Origin: an uncultured Ignavibacteriales bacterium
GTDB taxonomy: Bacteria; Bacteroidota; Ignavibacteria; Ch128b
Direction of reading: 5' to 3'
Assembly (NCBI GenBank): GCA_937138605.1
Contig: CAKZPH010000296.1
Location: 1-48,837, forward strand
Length of the DNA stretch: 48,837 nucleotides
Shown here: positions 19,768-28,366 of the stretch, one piece after another
How positions within the stretch are numbered: position 1 is the first letter of the stretch
How the letters are laid out: each line of letters starts with the position of its first letter
Program-made: the position numbers and the translations under genes
The notes under the pieces: model-generated
Told to the model about the DNA's origin: nothing
Seen by the model: the letters and a program-made list of their open reading frames with translations, nothing else
Database searches by the model: none

Positions 19768-20235
19768 CTAATTCATGTTTCTTAAGGAGGAAAAAAATAG
19801 TCGAAGTAAACTTTTACTTTCTTCTTCAAGAAGTCCACTATAAGTTTTTATTTTGTGATTTAATTTGTAGTTGTTAGTTATGTTAAAAATTGTTCCACAT
19901 GCACCTGCTTTCGGATCAAATACAGAAAAGTATAAAGCATCAATCCTTGAATTAACAAGAGCACCTGCACACATAGGACAGGGTTCAAGAGTCACATAAA
20001 TTTTGCAACCATTGAGTCTGTAATCTTGCAAATGATTAGCAGCTGATGTGATTGCAATCATTTCTGCATGTGCCGTTGGATCTTTTAAGTTGATTGTTTG
20101 ATTATACCCTCTACCAATAATTTTATCTTCAAAAACTACAACAGCACCAACTGGAACTTCTTTTTGTTCAAAAGCTTTTTCAGCTTCTCTTAATGCTTGT
20201 TTCATATAAAAAATATCCTTTTCGGAAAACATCAT
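19768..20235 (-). CDS. tadA: tRNA-specific adenosine(34) deaminase
   Basis: CDA-fold zinc motifs HAEMIAI and PCPMCAGAL. Size 155 aa. Confidence 0.9.
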   Translation of the reverse strand: MMFSEKDIFYMKQALREAEKAFEQKEVPVGAVVVFEDKIIGRGYNQTINLKDPTAHAEMIAITSAANHLQDYRLNGCKIYVTLEPCPMCAGALVNSRIDALYFSVFDPKAGACGTIFNITNNYKLNHKIKTYSGLLEEESKSLLRLFFSSLRNMN

Positions 20236-20236
20236 A

Positions 20237-20821
20237 TTACCTATAATTTTCTTCTAAAAACCTTTTTGAAATCCAAATTGGATTCTGGAAATTAATATCG
20301 TTTCTGTCATAAATAATAATCGCTTCTATTGTGGGAATTCGCCTCAGTCTTGAATAGTCAATATGTGGATTCAATCTTTTGATGTCGTCTGTTATTTTTT
20401 TAGGGTCGATATCACTTAGTCCTTTATAATAACCAAAAATATTTACTTCACTTCCTCTGGATATATATTTTAATGGTTTAGGGAACTCTCCTTGTTTTGG
20501 TAGTGGGTTATCTATTTTAATGCGATAAAAACCGTACTCGTTATCCTCAAATGGATTTGTAAATAACAACATGTTTTTTTCAAATTCTTCTATAATTACA
20601 CCAAATACTCGAATTTTCTTATTGTTAAAAGACTCTGGATTCATTCGCAGTGAAAGATAACTCACATTGAACAACGACTGATTTTTAAACTCATTAATCG
20701 ATTGATGCAAAAGTTCTTCACTTGATGGAGGAGGTGTTTCAAAAATATATCGAACAACTTGGCAGGAACTAAAGCCAAGCACTAAAATTAAAAGCATCAT
20801 TGACACAATTTTACGATTCAT
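20237..20821 (-). CDS. Hypothetical lipoprotein
   Basis: Lipobox-like LVLGFSSC after a hydrophobic N-terminus. TTG start preceded by GAGGTG. It sits 1 nt upstream of tadA. No family recognised. Confidence 0.6.
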   Translation of the reverse strand: MNRKIVSMMLLILVLGFSSCQVVRYIFETPPPSSEELLHQSINEFKNQSLFNVSYLSLRMNPESFNNKKIRVFGVIIEEFEKNMLLFTNPFEDNEYGFYRIKIDNPLPKQGEFPKPLKYISRGSEVNIFGYYKGLSDIDPKKITDDIKRLNPHIDYSRLRRIPTIEAIIIYDRNDINFQNPIWISKRFLEENYR

Positions 20822-20844
20822 ATAATTGTCACCTCAAGTTTTAT

Positions 20845-20852
20845 TCAAATTT
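20845..20852 (-). promoter_or_regulatory. Candidate -7 element (TAAATTTG on the minus strand) for the lipoprotein-tadA unit
   Basis: Plus-strand CAAATTTA is the reverse complement of TAnnTTTG, ~24 nt upstream of the TTG start. No clean -33 element. Confidence 0.3.
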
Positions 20853-20878
20853 AATACATTTTAATTAATCTTGTTCCC

Positions 20879-20910
20879 TTTGTTTCTGAAATCATCTGTT
20901 TTTATATTTG
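20879..20910 (+). promoter_or_regulatory. Candidate FCB-type promoter for the tRNA-Arg pair (TTTG, 20 nt, TATATTTG)
   Basis: TTTG at 20879-20882 and TATATTTG at 20903-20910, ~25 nt upstream of the first tRNA. Matches the Bacteroides/Flavobacterium -33/-7 consensus. Confidence 0.5.
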
Positions 20911-20934
20911 CACTGCAAAATACAAATTTCTATT

Positions 20935-21008
20935 GCACCTGTAGCTCAATTGGATAGAGCATCTGACTACGGATCAGAAGGTTGAGGGTTCGAATCCTTC
21001 CAGGTGCA
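20935..21008 (+). tRNA. tRNA-Arg (anticodon ACG)
   Basis: Hand-folded cloverleaf: acceptor GCACCTG/CAGGTGC, D arm GCTC..GAGC, anticodon stem TCTGA/TCAGA with loop CTACGGA, T arm GAGGG-TTCGAAT-CCTTC. No encoded CCA. Confidence 0.85.
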
Positions 21009-21026
21009 CTAAAAATAAATCAGAAA

Positions 21027-21100
21027 GCACCCGTAGCTCAATTGGATAGAGCATCAGACTTCGGATCTGAGGGTTGAGGGTTCGAGTCCTTCCGGGTGCG
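21027..21100 (+). tRNA. tRNA-Arg (anticodon TCG)
   Basis: Hand-folded cloverleaf: acceptor GCACCCG/CGGGTGC, anticodon stem TCAGA/TCTGA with loop CTTCGGA, T arm GAGGG-TTCGAGT-CCTTC. About 9 differences from the upstream tRNA, several of them compensatory. Confidence 0.85.
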
Positions 21101-21110
21101 CAAATTAACT

Positions 21111-21136
21111 GCCTCGATATTCGAGGCATTTTTGTT
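21111..21136 (+). terminator. Rho-independent terminator after the tRNA pair
   Basis: GCCTCGA-tat-TCGAGGC hairpin followed by ATTTTTGTT. Confidence 0.7.
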
Positions 21137-21247
21137 ATATGTTAGGTTATCTGGTTAAGATAAATTTTGCTTTACCTAATACATTAATGACTTCGAATAA
21201 TATCATCAAAACAATGTTTACCTGGCAGGTGTAATGTAATTACTACG

Positions 21248-24025
21248 TCAATAAAAAGTTCTGAAATCATAGGTAAAACTAATTAAGAAAAATCTTTGTA
21301 AAGTGTGGACATTTCGATCTTCAATATAATCTTCCATAATAATTCTCTTAATTCGATTTTTCTGATTTAGTAAATCATAAACTTCAAATCTAATTTCACC
21401 ACGATTTTGAGGCAGGATGCGTACTCCGCAACTTAAATTCAACAATATGTTTTCCTTGTTCGATTCTTCTGCTACTTGAGGATTGTAATAATAACTAACT
21501 CTTGAACCAATAAAGTATCTTTCAAAATAAGTAATTCGTGTAACAAAATTTATTTTATGTGTTAAAACTTTGGTTCTATTTTCATTTAATGAATTAACTG
21601 TATAAATACAACTTGGAGAGTAGCTTATGCGATAATCAAATCTCGGATTATAACTACTAAATCCAACCGTAGGTGAAAAAGAATACTGATTCGTTATATT
21701 CTTTCGCCCATTAATAAAACCAGGATTTATTTGAAAACCTAGATTTGAACTAAAAATTAAATTCGATTTTAACGATGAAAGTTTAAAACTATAGGTAAAA
21801 TTCATCGTTGTACCGAATGAGTTACCTGCATTCACTGGATAACTCAATTGCGTTCCTTTTTTAATTAGATTGTCTTGTATAACTGTATCTTTTGAGAATA
21901 CCTTGATGTTGTTTCTTATATCATCTATCAAATAATTAACGTTTAAGTTAAAAGCTGTGAAAGTACCGCTTGATGGATTATTAGTGAGATATCTAATTCG
22001 AAGCATATTATTAATAGACTTATCTAGATCGGGATTACCGGTTCTGAGAAAAAGAGGGTTCGAAAAATCTATCGTATTTTGAAGTTGAGAAATGGAAGGG
22101 ATATTTGGTCGTGCATTGTATTCTACACGCAAATTTTTTGATTCTGAGATTCTGTATGATAACTCAAATGATGGAAGAATAACTCTAAATGTATTCCTGA
22201 AGGAAATTTCCCGAGGAAATTTTTGTTTAGAAATTCTTTGATGAAGTTGAAGCATTAAATCTGTTTCTAATCTAAAATTTCCCCCATTATACTGGTGAGA
22301 AATTGAACCTCGATAAGAGTAGTTCAAATTTTCAAAGGAGTTTGAATTTAGAGAGTCATAGAAAGCAAAATTATTGTTATCAATTATGAAATTCTCTCTA
22401 ATCCTGGAATCTTGACTTAATGATGGCGTGAAACGTATTCTCATTAAGCTCTTATCACCAATTGGCTCTGTATATGTGAAGGTAGTACTTAAGTTAAGTG
22501 ATTTGGTCAAAAAGTTTGATGTCTGAATTGTTGTATCAATTAACGGATTTCGATTAATATCAAATGTGGTATATTCTGAATTAATTTCATAATCTGATTT
22601 GTTTTGACTGAGCCTTGTATTTAAACTAAACGTTAGTGTTCTACCTCTTCGGGGAAATCTGTAACTATAAATTAATTCGTTTCTAAATGAATACGACCTA
22701 ACTTCATTATTACGAAGATAGTTAATTGAGTTAAGTAGTAAATTATTACTCAGAAAATTCTCTGAAAATGAATTGGCAGAGGATGAATTTCCATGCAATT
22801 CAAAATTTGGTCGAATACGAATTATATTACTTGTATCTAAAAAGTAATCTAAAGCTATGCTTATTATATGATTTGAGTTTTTCAATATACTATATCTTGA
22901 CTCAGAATATTTTGAAAGATTAGATAAATCAGTTAAATATTCCCTTGCAATTTTTGAATCACTTAAATTTTTAATATGAGTTATAATGTAGCTACCATTT
23001 ATTTCAGCTTTATTTATAATTCGGTGAGAGTAATTAACACCACCGGCATATAAATTATTATTACCATCGTCTAGATTTATATTAAAATTTAGAGGATTTT
23101 GGTTTGGGCCTCCACCACCTTGTCGTCCACCCTGACGCCATTGTCCTCTTCTGGGTTCAAACGATTCAGATTGGGTTAAATCGTTAATTGTAAAGGATGA
23201 TTCGTTAATGTTATTACTTATTCCAAGTAAAGATAACCGTTGCAATGCATTGAATTGATTGTAATTTAATCCAGAAGTATATCTTGTATTTGTACCATAT
23301 CCTAAGTTTGCTTTGCCAAAATATCCCTGTCTTTTTTCAACTCTAGTGACCACATTAAATGCTTTTACAGTTTGGTCATCTTCAAAGCCTGTAAGCTCAG
23401 CTTCTTCGCTTTTTTTATCAAATAATTGAACTTTCTCAACGATATCGGCGGGGAGTGTTTTCAAAGCAATATTTGGGTCTTCAGTGAAAAATCTTCTACC
23501 ATCAACAAGCACCTTTTTTACTTCTTCACCCTGAACTCTGATGACATTCTCTTCCTTTTCTACACCAGGAAATTTGAGTACTAAATCTTCCAATGTTGAA
23601 TTTGGTGCGACTTGAAATGCTGAGGCATTAAATTGAAGTGTATCTCCAACTTGTTCGACCGGAACAATTTTATCTTGTACTGTAACTTCTTTCAAAGTGA
23701 CAAATGATGGAGTTAAATAAATTGTATCTAACCTAATAATGCCCCATCTAATTTGAATAGTATCAATGAATTTTTGATATCCCAGGTAAGTTATTTCAAG
23801 TGAATATTTACCAAGGGGAATGCCACGAAATTCAAATAATCCTTTTTCATTTGTTGTTGTATAGTGAGGAAAGTCAACAAAATCGATGGAAGATAAAATA
23901 ACATGAGCTGAAACTAATGGTTTTTGTGAGGTACTGTCAAAAACAAATCCCGTTATTATTCTCGGCTGGCTAATTAAATTATCAGCGAAAAATAATATAA
24001 AAAAAATTGTAAAGAGGTTTTTCAC
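21248..24025 (-). CDS. Outer-membrane beta-barrel protein with an N-terminal carboxypeptidase-regulatory-like domain (TonB-dependent-receptor-like, OMP_b-brl_3 type)
   Basis: Signal peptide. CarboxypepD_reg-like segment (ITGFVFDSTSQKPL...KGLFEFRGIPLGKYSLEITYLGYQ). Plug-like segment (VQGEEVKKVLVDGRRF). Long beta-strand-rich remainder ending in aromatic ...FRTFY. GTG start. Confidence 0.7.
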   Translation of the reverse strand: MKNLFTIFFILFFADNLISQPRIITGFVFDSTSQKPLVSAHVILSSIDFVDFPHYTTTNEKGLFEFRGIPLGKYSLEITYLGYQKFIDTIQIRWGIIRLDTIYLTPSFVTLKEVTVQDKIVPVEQVGDTLQFNASAFQVAPNSTLEDLVLKFPGVEKEENVIRVQGEEVKKVLVDGRRFFTEDPNIALKTLPADIVEKVQLFDKKSEEAELTGFEDDQTVKAFNVVTRVEKRQGYFGKANLGYGTNTRYTSGLNYNQFNALQRLSLLGISNNINESSFTINDLTQSESFEPRRGQWRQGGRQGGGGPNQNPLNFNINLDDGNNNLYAGGVNYSHRIINKAEINGSYIITHIKNLSDSKIAREYLTDLSNLSKYSESRYSILKNSNHIISIALDYFLDTSNIIRIRPNFELHGNSSSANSFSENFLSNNLLLNSINYLRNNEVRSYSFRNELIYSYRFPRRGRTLTFSLNTRLSQNKSDYEINSEYTTFDINRNPLIDTTIQTSNFLTKSLNLSTTFTYTEPIGDKSLMRIRFTPSLSQDSRIRENFIIDNNNFAFYDSLNSNSFENLNYSYRGSISHQYNGGNFRLETDLMLQLHQRISKQKFPREISFRNTFRVILPSFELSYRISESKNLRVEYNARPNIPSISQLQNTIDFSNPLFLRTGNPDLDKSINNMLRIRYLTNNPSSGTFTAFNLNVNYLIDDIRNNIKVFSKDTVIQDNLIKKGTQLSYPVNAGNSFGTTMNFTYSFKLSSLKSNLIFSSNLGFQINPGFINGRKNITNQYSFSPTVGFSSYNPRFDYRISYSPSCIYTVNSLNENRTKVLTHKINFVTRITYFERYFIGSRVSYYYNPQVAEESNKENILLNLSCGVRILPQNRGEIRFEVYDLLNQKNRIKRIIMEDYIEDRNVHTLQRFFLISFTYDFRTFY

Positions 24026-24212
24026 AATTTACCTGGGTTTTCTAAAATGATAGACTTAATATTAGTTGCATAGGTTTAAATTAATCAAAACCTTAAACTT
24101 AGACTGATTTTCTTTTAAGATAAACTTGATTAATTCGTTTTCAATATAATTAAGATAAATTTCAAGTTGAATCCAATGTTTATTAATTTTAAGTGGAAAT
24201 TAGGAGATTATT

Positions 24213-24938
24213 ATGCTTACAAGCGGCGCATACATGCGGGCAAAACTTTACATAGAGTCTCACTCGAAAGAGAAAAAAGAATTAGAGAGTAGACAGGAAG
24301 AAATAAAAACGGGACCTTGCATTACAATATCAAGACAAACTGGAGCTGCAGCTGGAGAAATTGCAGAGTTAATAATTGAATACATTAAATCTCATTCTAA
24401 AAGACCAGATCGTGAATGGGCGATTTTCGACAAAAAATTAATTGAACGTGTGATTGAAGACCATAAACTTCCTACTGTTATAAGTGACTATTTAACAGAA
24501 AAAAAACACAGGTTTGTTGAATCTATAATGAACGAAATTTTTGGTATTCATCCATCTCCAATATCATTGGTACGAAAAACGTCCAAGACACTACTTCAAC
24601 TTGCCCAAATTGGATATTGCATCATTGTAGGAAGAGCATCAAACATAGTGCTGAAAAGATTACCAAATACATATCATGTGAGAATAATTGCCCCTCTTCC
24701 AACAAGAATCAAACAGGTTATGAAAATTTATCATTTCGATTCTGAAGAAGAAGCTAAAAGGTTTATTAAAAAGGAAGATGAAAACAGAACCAAGTATGTT
24801 AAACAATTTTTCTATAAAGACATCGATGATCCATCGCTATATGATCTTGTTATAAACTCAGAATTTTATACACGTGAACAAGTTGCAAAAATCATTGCCC
24901 AATCTGCTATGATCAAGCTAAGTGAATATTTTGATTAA
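24213..24938 (+). CDS. Cytidylate-kinase-like family protein (P-loop NMP-kinase fold, function unclear)
   Basis: ITISRQTGAAAGEIAELI N-terminal motif typical of the cytidylate_kin2 group. GGAG lies 6 nt upstream of ATG 24213. Confidence 0.55.
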   Translation: MLTSGAYMRAKLYIESHSKEKKELESRQEEIKTGPCITISRQTGAAAGEIAELIIEYIKSHSKRPDREWAIFDKKLIERVIEDHKLPTVISDYLTEKKHRFVESIMNEIFGIHPSPISLVRKTSKTLLQLAQIGYCIIVGRASNIVLKRLPNTYHVRIIAPLPTRIKQVMKIYHFDSEEEAKRFIKKEDENRTKYVKQFFYKDIDDPSLYDLVINSEFYTREQVAKIIAQSAMIKLSEYFD

Positions 24939-26236
24939 TATGGATAAAAGATATAAAAGAGAATAGAGAAAATAAATAATATCCACAAGCCAAGCTTAAC
25001 CTCATTGACTCTATTTGTAGCTATTTTCAAGATAGGATAAATAACAAATCCTGCAGTTATTCCAATTCCAATATTAAAAGAAAAGCTCATAAGAAAAATT
25101 ACCATTAAAGCTGGAATAAATTCAGTCAAATCATTATCTGAAAGTTGTTTAATTGGACTCATCATTAGAATTCCAACAATGATTAAAGCAGGTCCATATG
25201 CATAAGATGGAATTGTTTCCACAAAAGGAACAAAAAATATTGAAAGCAAAAAAAGAATAGCTACAACTAGAGCAGTTAATCCACTTCTACCACCAGATTG
25301 AATCCCAGCAGCCGATTCTATATAGACACCTGCGGTCGTAGTTCCTAAGGTGGCAGCAACACATGTTGATAATGCATCACATAACATTGGTTTTTCTAGC
25401 TCAGGAAACTCACCTTTCTCATTTAATAGTTCTGCTTTTATTCCTAAACCAATCAAAGTACCAAGAGTATCGACAAAATCTAGAATGAAAATTGTTAATA
25501 TAACGGAAAAAAATCCCCAGCTTAAAGCTCCAACAATGTCTAATTTAAGGAAAGTTTCGGATAATGGTGGAGGGGCACTGATAATTCTACTTGGAAATGA
25601 AATTAATCCAAAAAGAAAGGCAAGTAAGGTGGTGGCAATTATTCCAATCAAAATTGAACCATGAATATTTTTAGTTGTTAGAATGAAAATCAAAATCAGA
25701 CCAAAAATTGAAAGTAATGTTTCCGGTTCATGTAAATTACTAATTTTCACTGGTGCTCCAGGTACTCCAAGCTGCACAATTTGACATTCATTTAAACCAA
25801 TGAATATTAAAAACAGACCAATACCCACTGCAAAACTAATTTTCAGACTTTCAGGAATTGCCTTTGCAAGCCAAACTCTAATTTTTGTTAACGTCAAAAT
25901 GATGAATAATACTCCCGAGATAAAAATTGCACCAAGAGCAGTTTGCCACGAATAACCTAACACCTTTACAACCGTGTAAGCAATAAAAGCATTTTCACCC
26001 ATATATGGCGCAATTGCAAAGGGCCTTTTTGCAAAGACACCCAACATTAATGTTCCAAATGATGCTGTCAATGCAGTAGCAAGAAGAGATGGACCAAACG
26101 GAATGCCGGCAACTTCTAAAATTTTAGGATTCACTATAATAATGTATGCCATTGTGATGAAAGTTGTAAAACCTGCGATGATTTCACGAGATAATGTTGT
26201 GTTTAATTCATCTAATTGGAAAAATTTTTTAATCAT
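24935..26236 (-). CDS. NCS2-family purine (adenine/guanine/hypoxanthine, AzgA/PbuG-like) permease
   Basis: N-terminal FFQLDELNTTLSREIIAGFTTFITMAYIIIVNP signature and polytopic layout. Confidence 0.8.
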   Translation of the reverse strand: MIKKFFQLDELNTTLSREIIAGFTTFITMAYIIIVNPKILEVAGIPFGPSLLATALTASFGTLMLGVFAKRPFAIAPYMGENAFIAYTVVKVLGYSWQTALGAIFISGVLFIILTLTKIRVWLAKAIPESLKISFAVGIGLFLIFIGLNECQIVQLGVPGAPVKISNLHEPETLLSIFGLILIFILTTKNIHGSILIGIIATTLLAFLFGLISFPSRIISAPPPLSETFLKLDIVGALSWGFFSVILTIFILDFVDTLGTLIGLGIKAELLNEKGEFPELEKPMLCDALSTCVAATLGTTTAGVYIESAAGIQSGGRSGLTALVVAILFLLSIFFVPFVETIPSYAYGPALIIVGILMMSPIKQLSDNDLTEFIPALMVIFLMSFSFNIGIGITAGFVIYPILKIATNRVNEVKLGLWILFIFSILFYIFYPY

Positions 26237-26841
26237 AATTTTTCTCTCAGTTTGGTTGTCGGAAAACTCTTGCCGTGGCCCGGTATTATCAATTCAGAAT
26301 TCAATACAAGCAGTTTTCTTGATTCCACAAGTTGATTGAAATCACTTGCAAATTTATCTTCCCTGTAAATCAAATCAATCGTATCAAATTTGATTTCTTC
26401 ATTATCACTCCACCAAAAAACATCTCCAGCAATGGCAATTTTAATATTGTTAAATTCGAAAATCATAGAGCAGTGGTCATTTGTGTGTCCTGGAGTTTGT
26501 AGAATTGTAATATCATTGAAAATTGCTGAATTGTGAATAACTAATCTATCACCATCATAAAGAAAATAACCATCGAGTAATTTTGCATTGTGGAAAAGTT
26601 TGAAATTTAAGATATGATCGATGTGCGAATGAGTTATGAAGATAAAATTTATATCGTTTACGTCTATATTATTCTCAAAGAGTTTTTGAAGCAATAAATC
26701 GGAATTACACCCGGGGTCTACAATAATTTTCGAGCTATCCGTTTCTATAAAACAAGTTGAGGAGTTTACAATCCATTCATTCGCAACAATAGAAGCATAA
26801 CCTTCAATTAATAATTTGAATTGTTTAATCATACGCCTCAA
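26233..26841 (-). CDS. MBL-fold metallo-hydrolase
   Basis: HxHxDH motif (THSHIDH) plus downstream His/Asp ligands (PGHT, GD, PGHG). TTG start. Overlaps the permease gene by 4 nt. Confidence 0.7.
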   Translation of the reverse strand: MRRMIKQFKLLIEGYASIVANEWIVNSSTCFIETDSSKIIVDPGCNSDLLLQKLFENNIDVNDINFIFITHSHIDHILNFKLFHNAKLLDGYFLYDGDRLVIHNSAIFNDITILQTPGHTNDHCSMIFEFNNIKIAIAGDVFWWSDNEEIKFDTIDLIYREDKFASDFNQLVESRKLLVLNSELIIPGHGKSFPTTKLREKL

Positions 26842-26875
26842 AATTAAAAGCCCTGACTGAAAAATAAATCAGGGC
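26841..26875 (-). terminator. Candidate Rho-independent terminator after the beta-barrel protein gene
   Basis: The minus strand reads GCCCTGA, a 12-nt loop, TCAGGGC, then TTTTAATTT. The stem spans 26850-26856 and 26869-26875. The T-tail abuts the TTG start of the MBL gene, so termination is probably partial. Confidence 0.45.
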
Positions 26876-26896
26876 CTGGATTAAGGAGCAAACTCG

Positions 26897-27781
26897 CTAA
26901 AAAGAAAATTTCAACCCCAAATTATAAAAGTCATAAGATAGGGGACTGGCAGTTTTTATGGGCCAATTCATTCGCTCCTTTTTTAATTCATAAAATGCAA
27001 AAGCTAGTGTTGATTTAAGCACGAAATTAACAACTGGTCCAGCAAATGGGCGACTCTTAAAAACTTTATCAATAAAAGATCTCAAGATTTCAGTAACTGC
27101 TTCTTCAATAATTAAGCTACCAATGTGTTTCAAGAAAAGGTGACGGGGGAATATTAAACCGTAATTATAGTTTAAATCAAGGCTTACAAAATCAAAAGCT
27201 CTTATTGAAATATTTGAGTTATAAGCTTCACCGAATTTCATTACGTTGTTATCATAGATGCCAAGAATAAGTGTATCCACACCCATTAAATTTTTATCAA
27301 ATTTATTGAATGACCAATTAAACTCGCGACCTGTACCAAGTAAAAAAGATAAGTTTTTGGTTCTATAGCCATAATTTTTATTCTGACCTAATCCAAATAG
27401 ATTTGTTTTTACTTTAATACCTTTATAGGAATCTTCATTATAAAAATTCTCTGAAATCAATCTAAAAGTAATAAATCTTTCCGTTTGATTTACTATAAAT
27501 TTTGGTCTTAAAGATTTCTCTCTAAAGTAACCAATTTGAAGTTGAATTCCGCCAATTGTTTCAAATTCATTTTTAGCTTGTGCATGTTTGAAATAATTTA
27601 AGCCATAATTAATCTTAAGAAATGGGTTATCTCCTCTTCTAAATCTAAACGAAAAGTCAGAGGATTCAGACTTTCTTTTAATTATTTTTTCGTTGTGAAT
27701 GTTAACTGTGTCTTCTTCTTGTGAGAATGATAAACTAAATAAAAATAGAATGCTTAAACAGGCTAAGAGAAGTTTTTTCAT
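26897..27781 (-). CDS. Hypothetical outer-membrane beta-barrel-like protein
   Basis: Signal peptide (LFLFSLSFSQ), alternating beta-strand-like composition, and a C-terminal ...LGLKFSF aromatic terminus. No family recognised. Confidence 0.5.
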   Translation of the reverse strand: MKKLLLACLSILFLFSLSFSQEEDTVNIHNEKIIKRKSESSDFSFRFRRGDNPFLKINYGLNYFKHAQAKNEFETIGGIQLQIGYFREKSLRPKFIVNQTERFITFRLISENFYNEDSYKGIKVKTNLFGLGQNKNYGYRTKNLSFLLGTGREFNWSFNKFDKNLMGVDTLILGIYDNNVMKFGEAYNSNISIRAFDFVSLDLNYNYGLIFPRHLFLKHIGSLIIEEAVTEILRSFIDKVFKSRPFAGPVVNFVLKSTLAFAFYELKKERMNWPIKTASPLSYDFYNLGLKFSF

Positions 27782-28365
27782 TTTTTCTCCTTTTTATATT
27801 TAATTTTTTTATCCATTACGTTCATTTTGTAAAATTCGGAACGTAAAATCGACATTAAATAAAAATCACAGTACTTGTTGTGATGATACATTGCTTCACG
27901 CAGAGTCCCTTCAATTATAAATCCACACTTTTTATATGCTCGAACTGCAAACTGATTTTCAACGGCAACATGCAGTTGAATTCGGTTAAGATTTAAGATA
28001 TCAAATCCATACTCAACCATTAGCTTTGTAGCTTCAGTACCGTAACCTTTTGACCAGTAATTTGGGTTATAAATTGCGAGGAAATACGTAGCCATACGAC
28101 TTACATAATCTATTCTAACAAATGCAGTCTGCCCTATAGGAATATCTGTTTTCTTCTCAACAATTGTAAAGTATAAATTTTCCTTAGACGTTATATAAGT
28201 GGTGATTTCTTGCTTCACTTGTTCAAGTGTAATTGGATAAAACAAAAATAAGGTTTCTCTAACCAGGGGATTATTCTTGCCAAAATAGATAAGTTGTAAA
28301 TCTTGCTCTTCGATTGGGCGTAGGTAAACTTTTTCTCCTTCAACAAACTTTACCGGGGTAATCAT
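27778..28365 (-). CDS. GNAT-family N-acetyltransferase (RimJ/RimL-like)
   Basis: RimJ/L-like layout (VYLRPIEEQD..., ...IQLHVAVENQFAVRAYKKCGF). The start is set at ATG 28365 (MITPVKF), 1 nt after the upstream stop. The track start 28479 would overlap the upstream gene by 113 nt. Confidence 0.7.
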   Translation of the reverse strand: MITPVKFVEGEKVYLRPIEEQDLQLIYFGKNNPLVRETLFLFYPITLEQVKQEITTYITSKENLYFTIVEKKTDIPIGQTAFVRIDYVSRMATYFLAIYNPNYWSKGYGTEATKLMVEYGFDILNLNRIQLHVAVENQFAVRAYKKCGFIIEGTLREAMYHHNKYCDFYLMSILRSEFYKMNVMDKKIKYKKEKK

Positions 28366-28366
28366 T

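Noticed and set aside
21220-21230. Palindrome ACCTGGCAGGT downstream of the TonB-like gene stop, considered as a possible minus-strand terminator
   Set aside because: As RNA it forms only about 4 bp with a 3-nt loop and has a weak T-tail, so it is not a convincing terminator.
23080-23150. Gly-rich segment (QWRQGGRQGGGGPNQNP) in the outer-membrane barrel protein, considered as a possible repeat or slippage tract
   Set aside because: It is a single short occurrence inside an intact ORF, consistent with a flexible surface loop and not with a repeat array.
24935-26236. Looked for a purine riboswitch upstream of the NCS2 purine permease, and for folate/THF or c-di-AMP riboswitches near folC, folP and cdaA
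   Set aside because: The permease start overlaps the upstream MBL gene, and the folate and cdaA genes have junctions of 0-4 nt. There is no leader long enough to hold a riboswitch.
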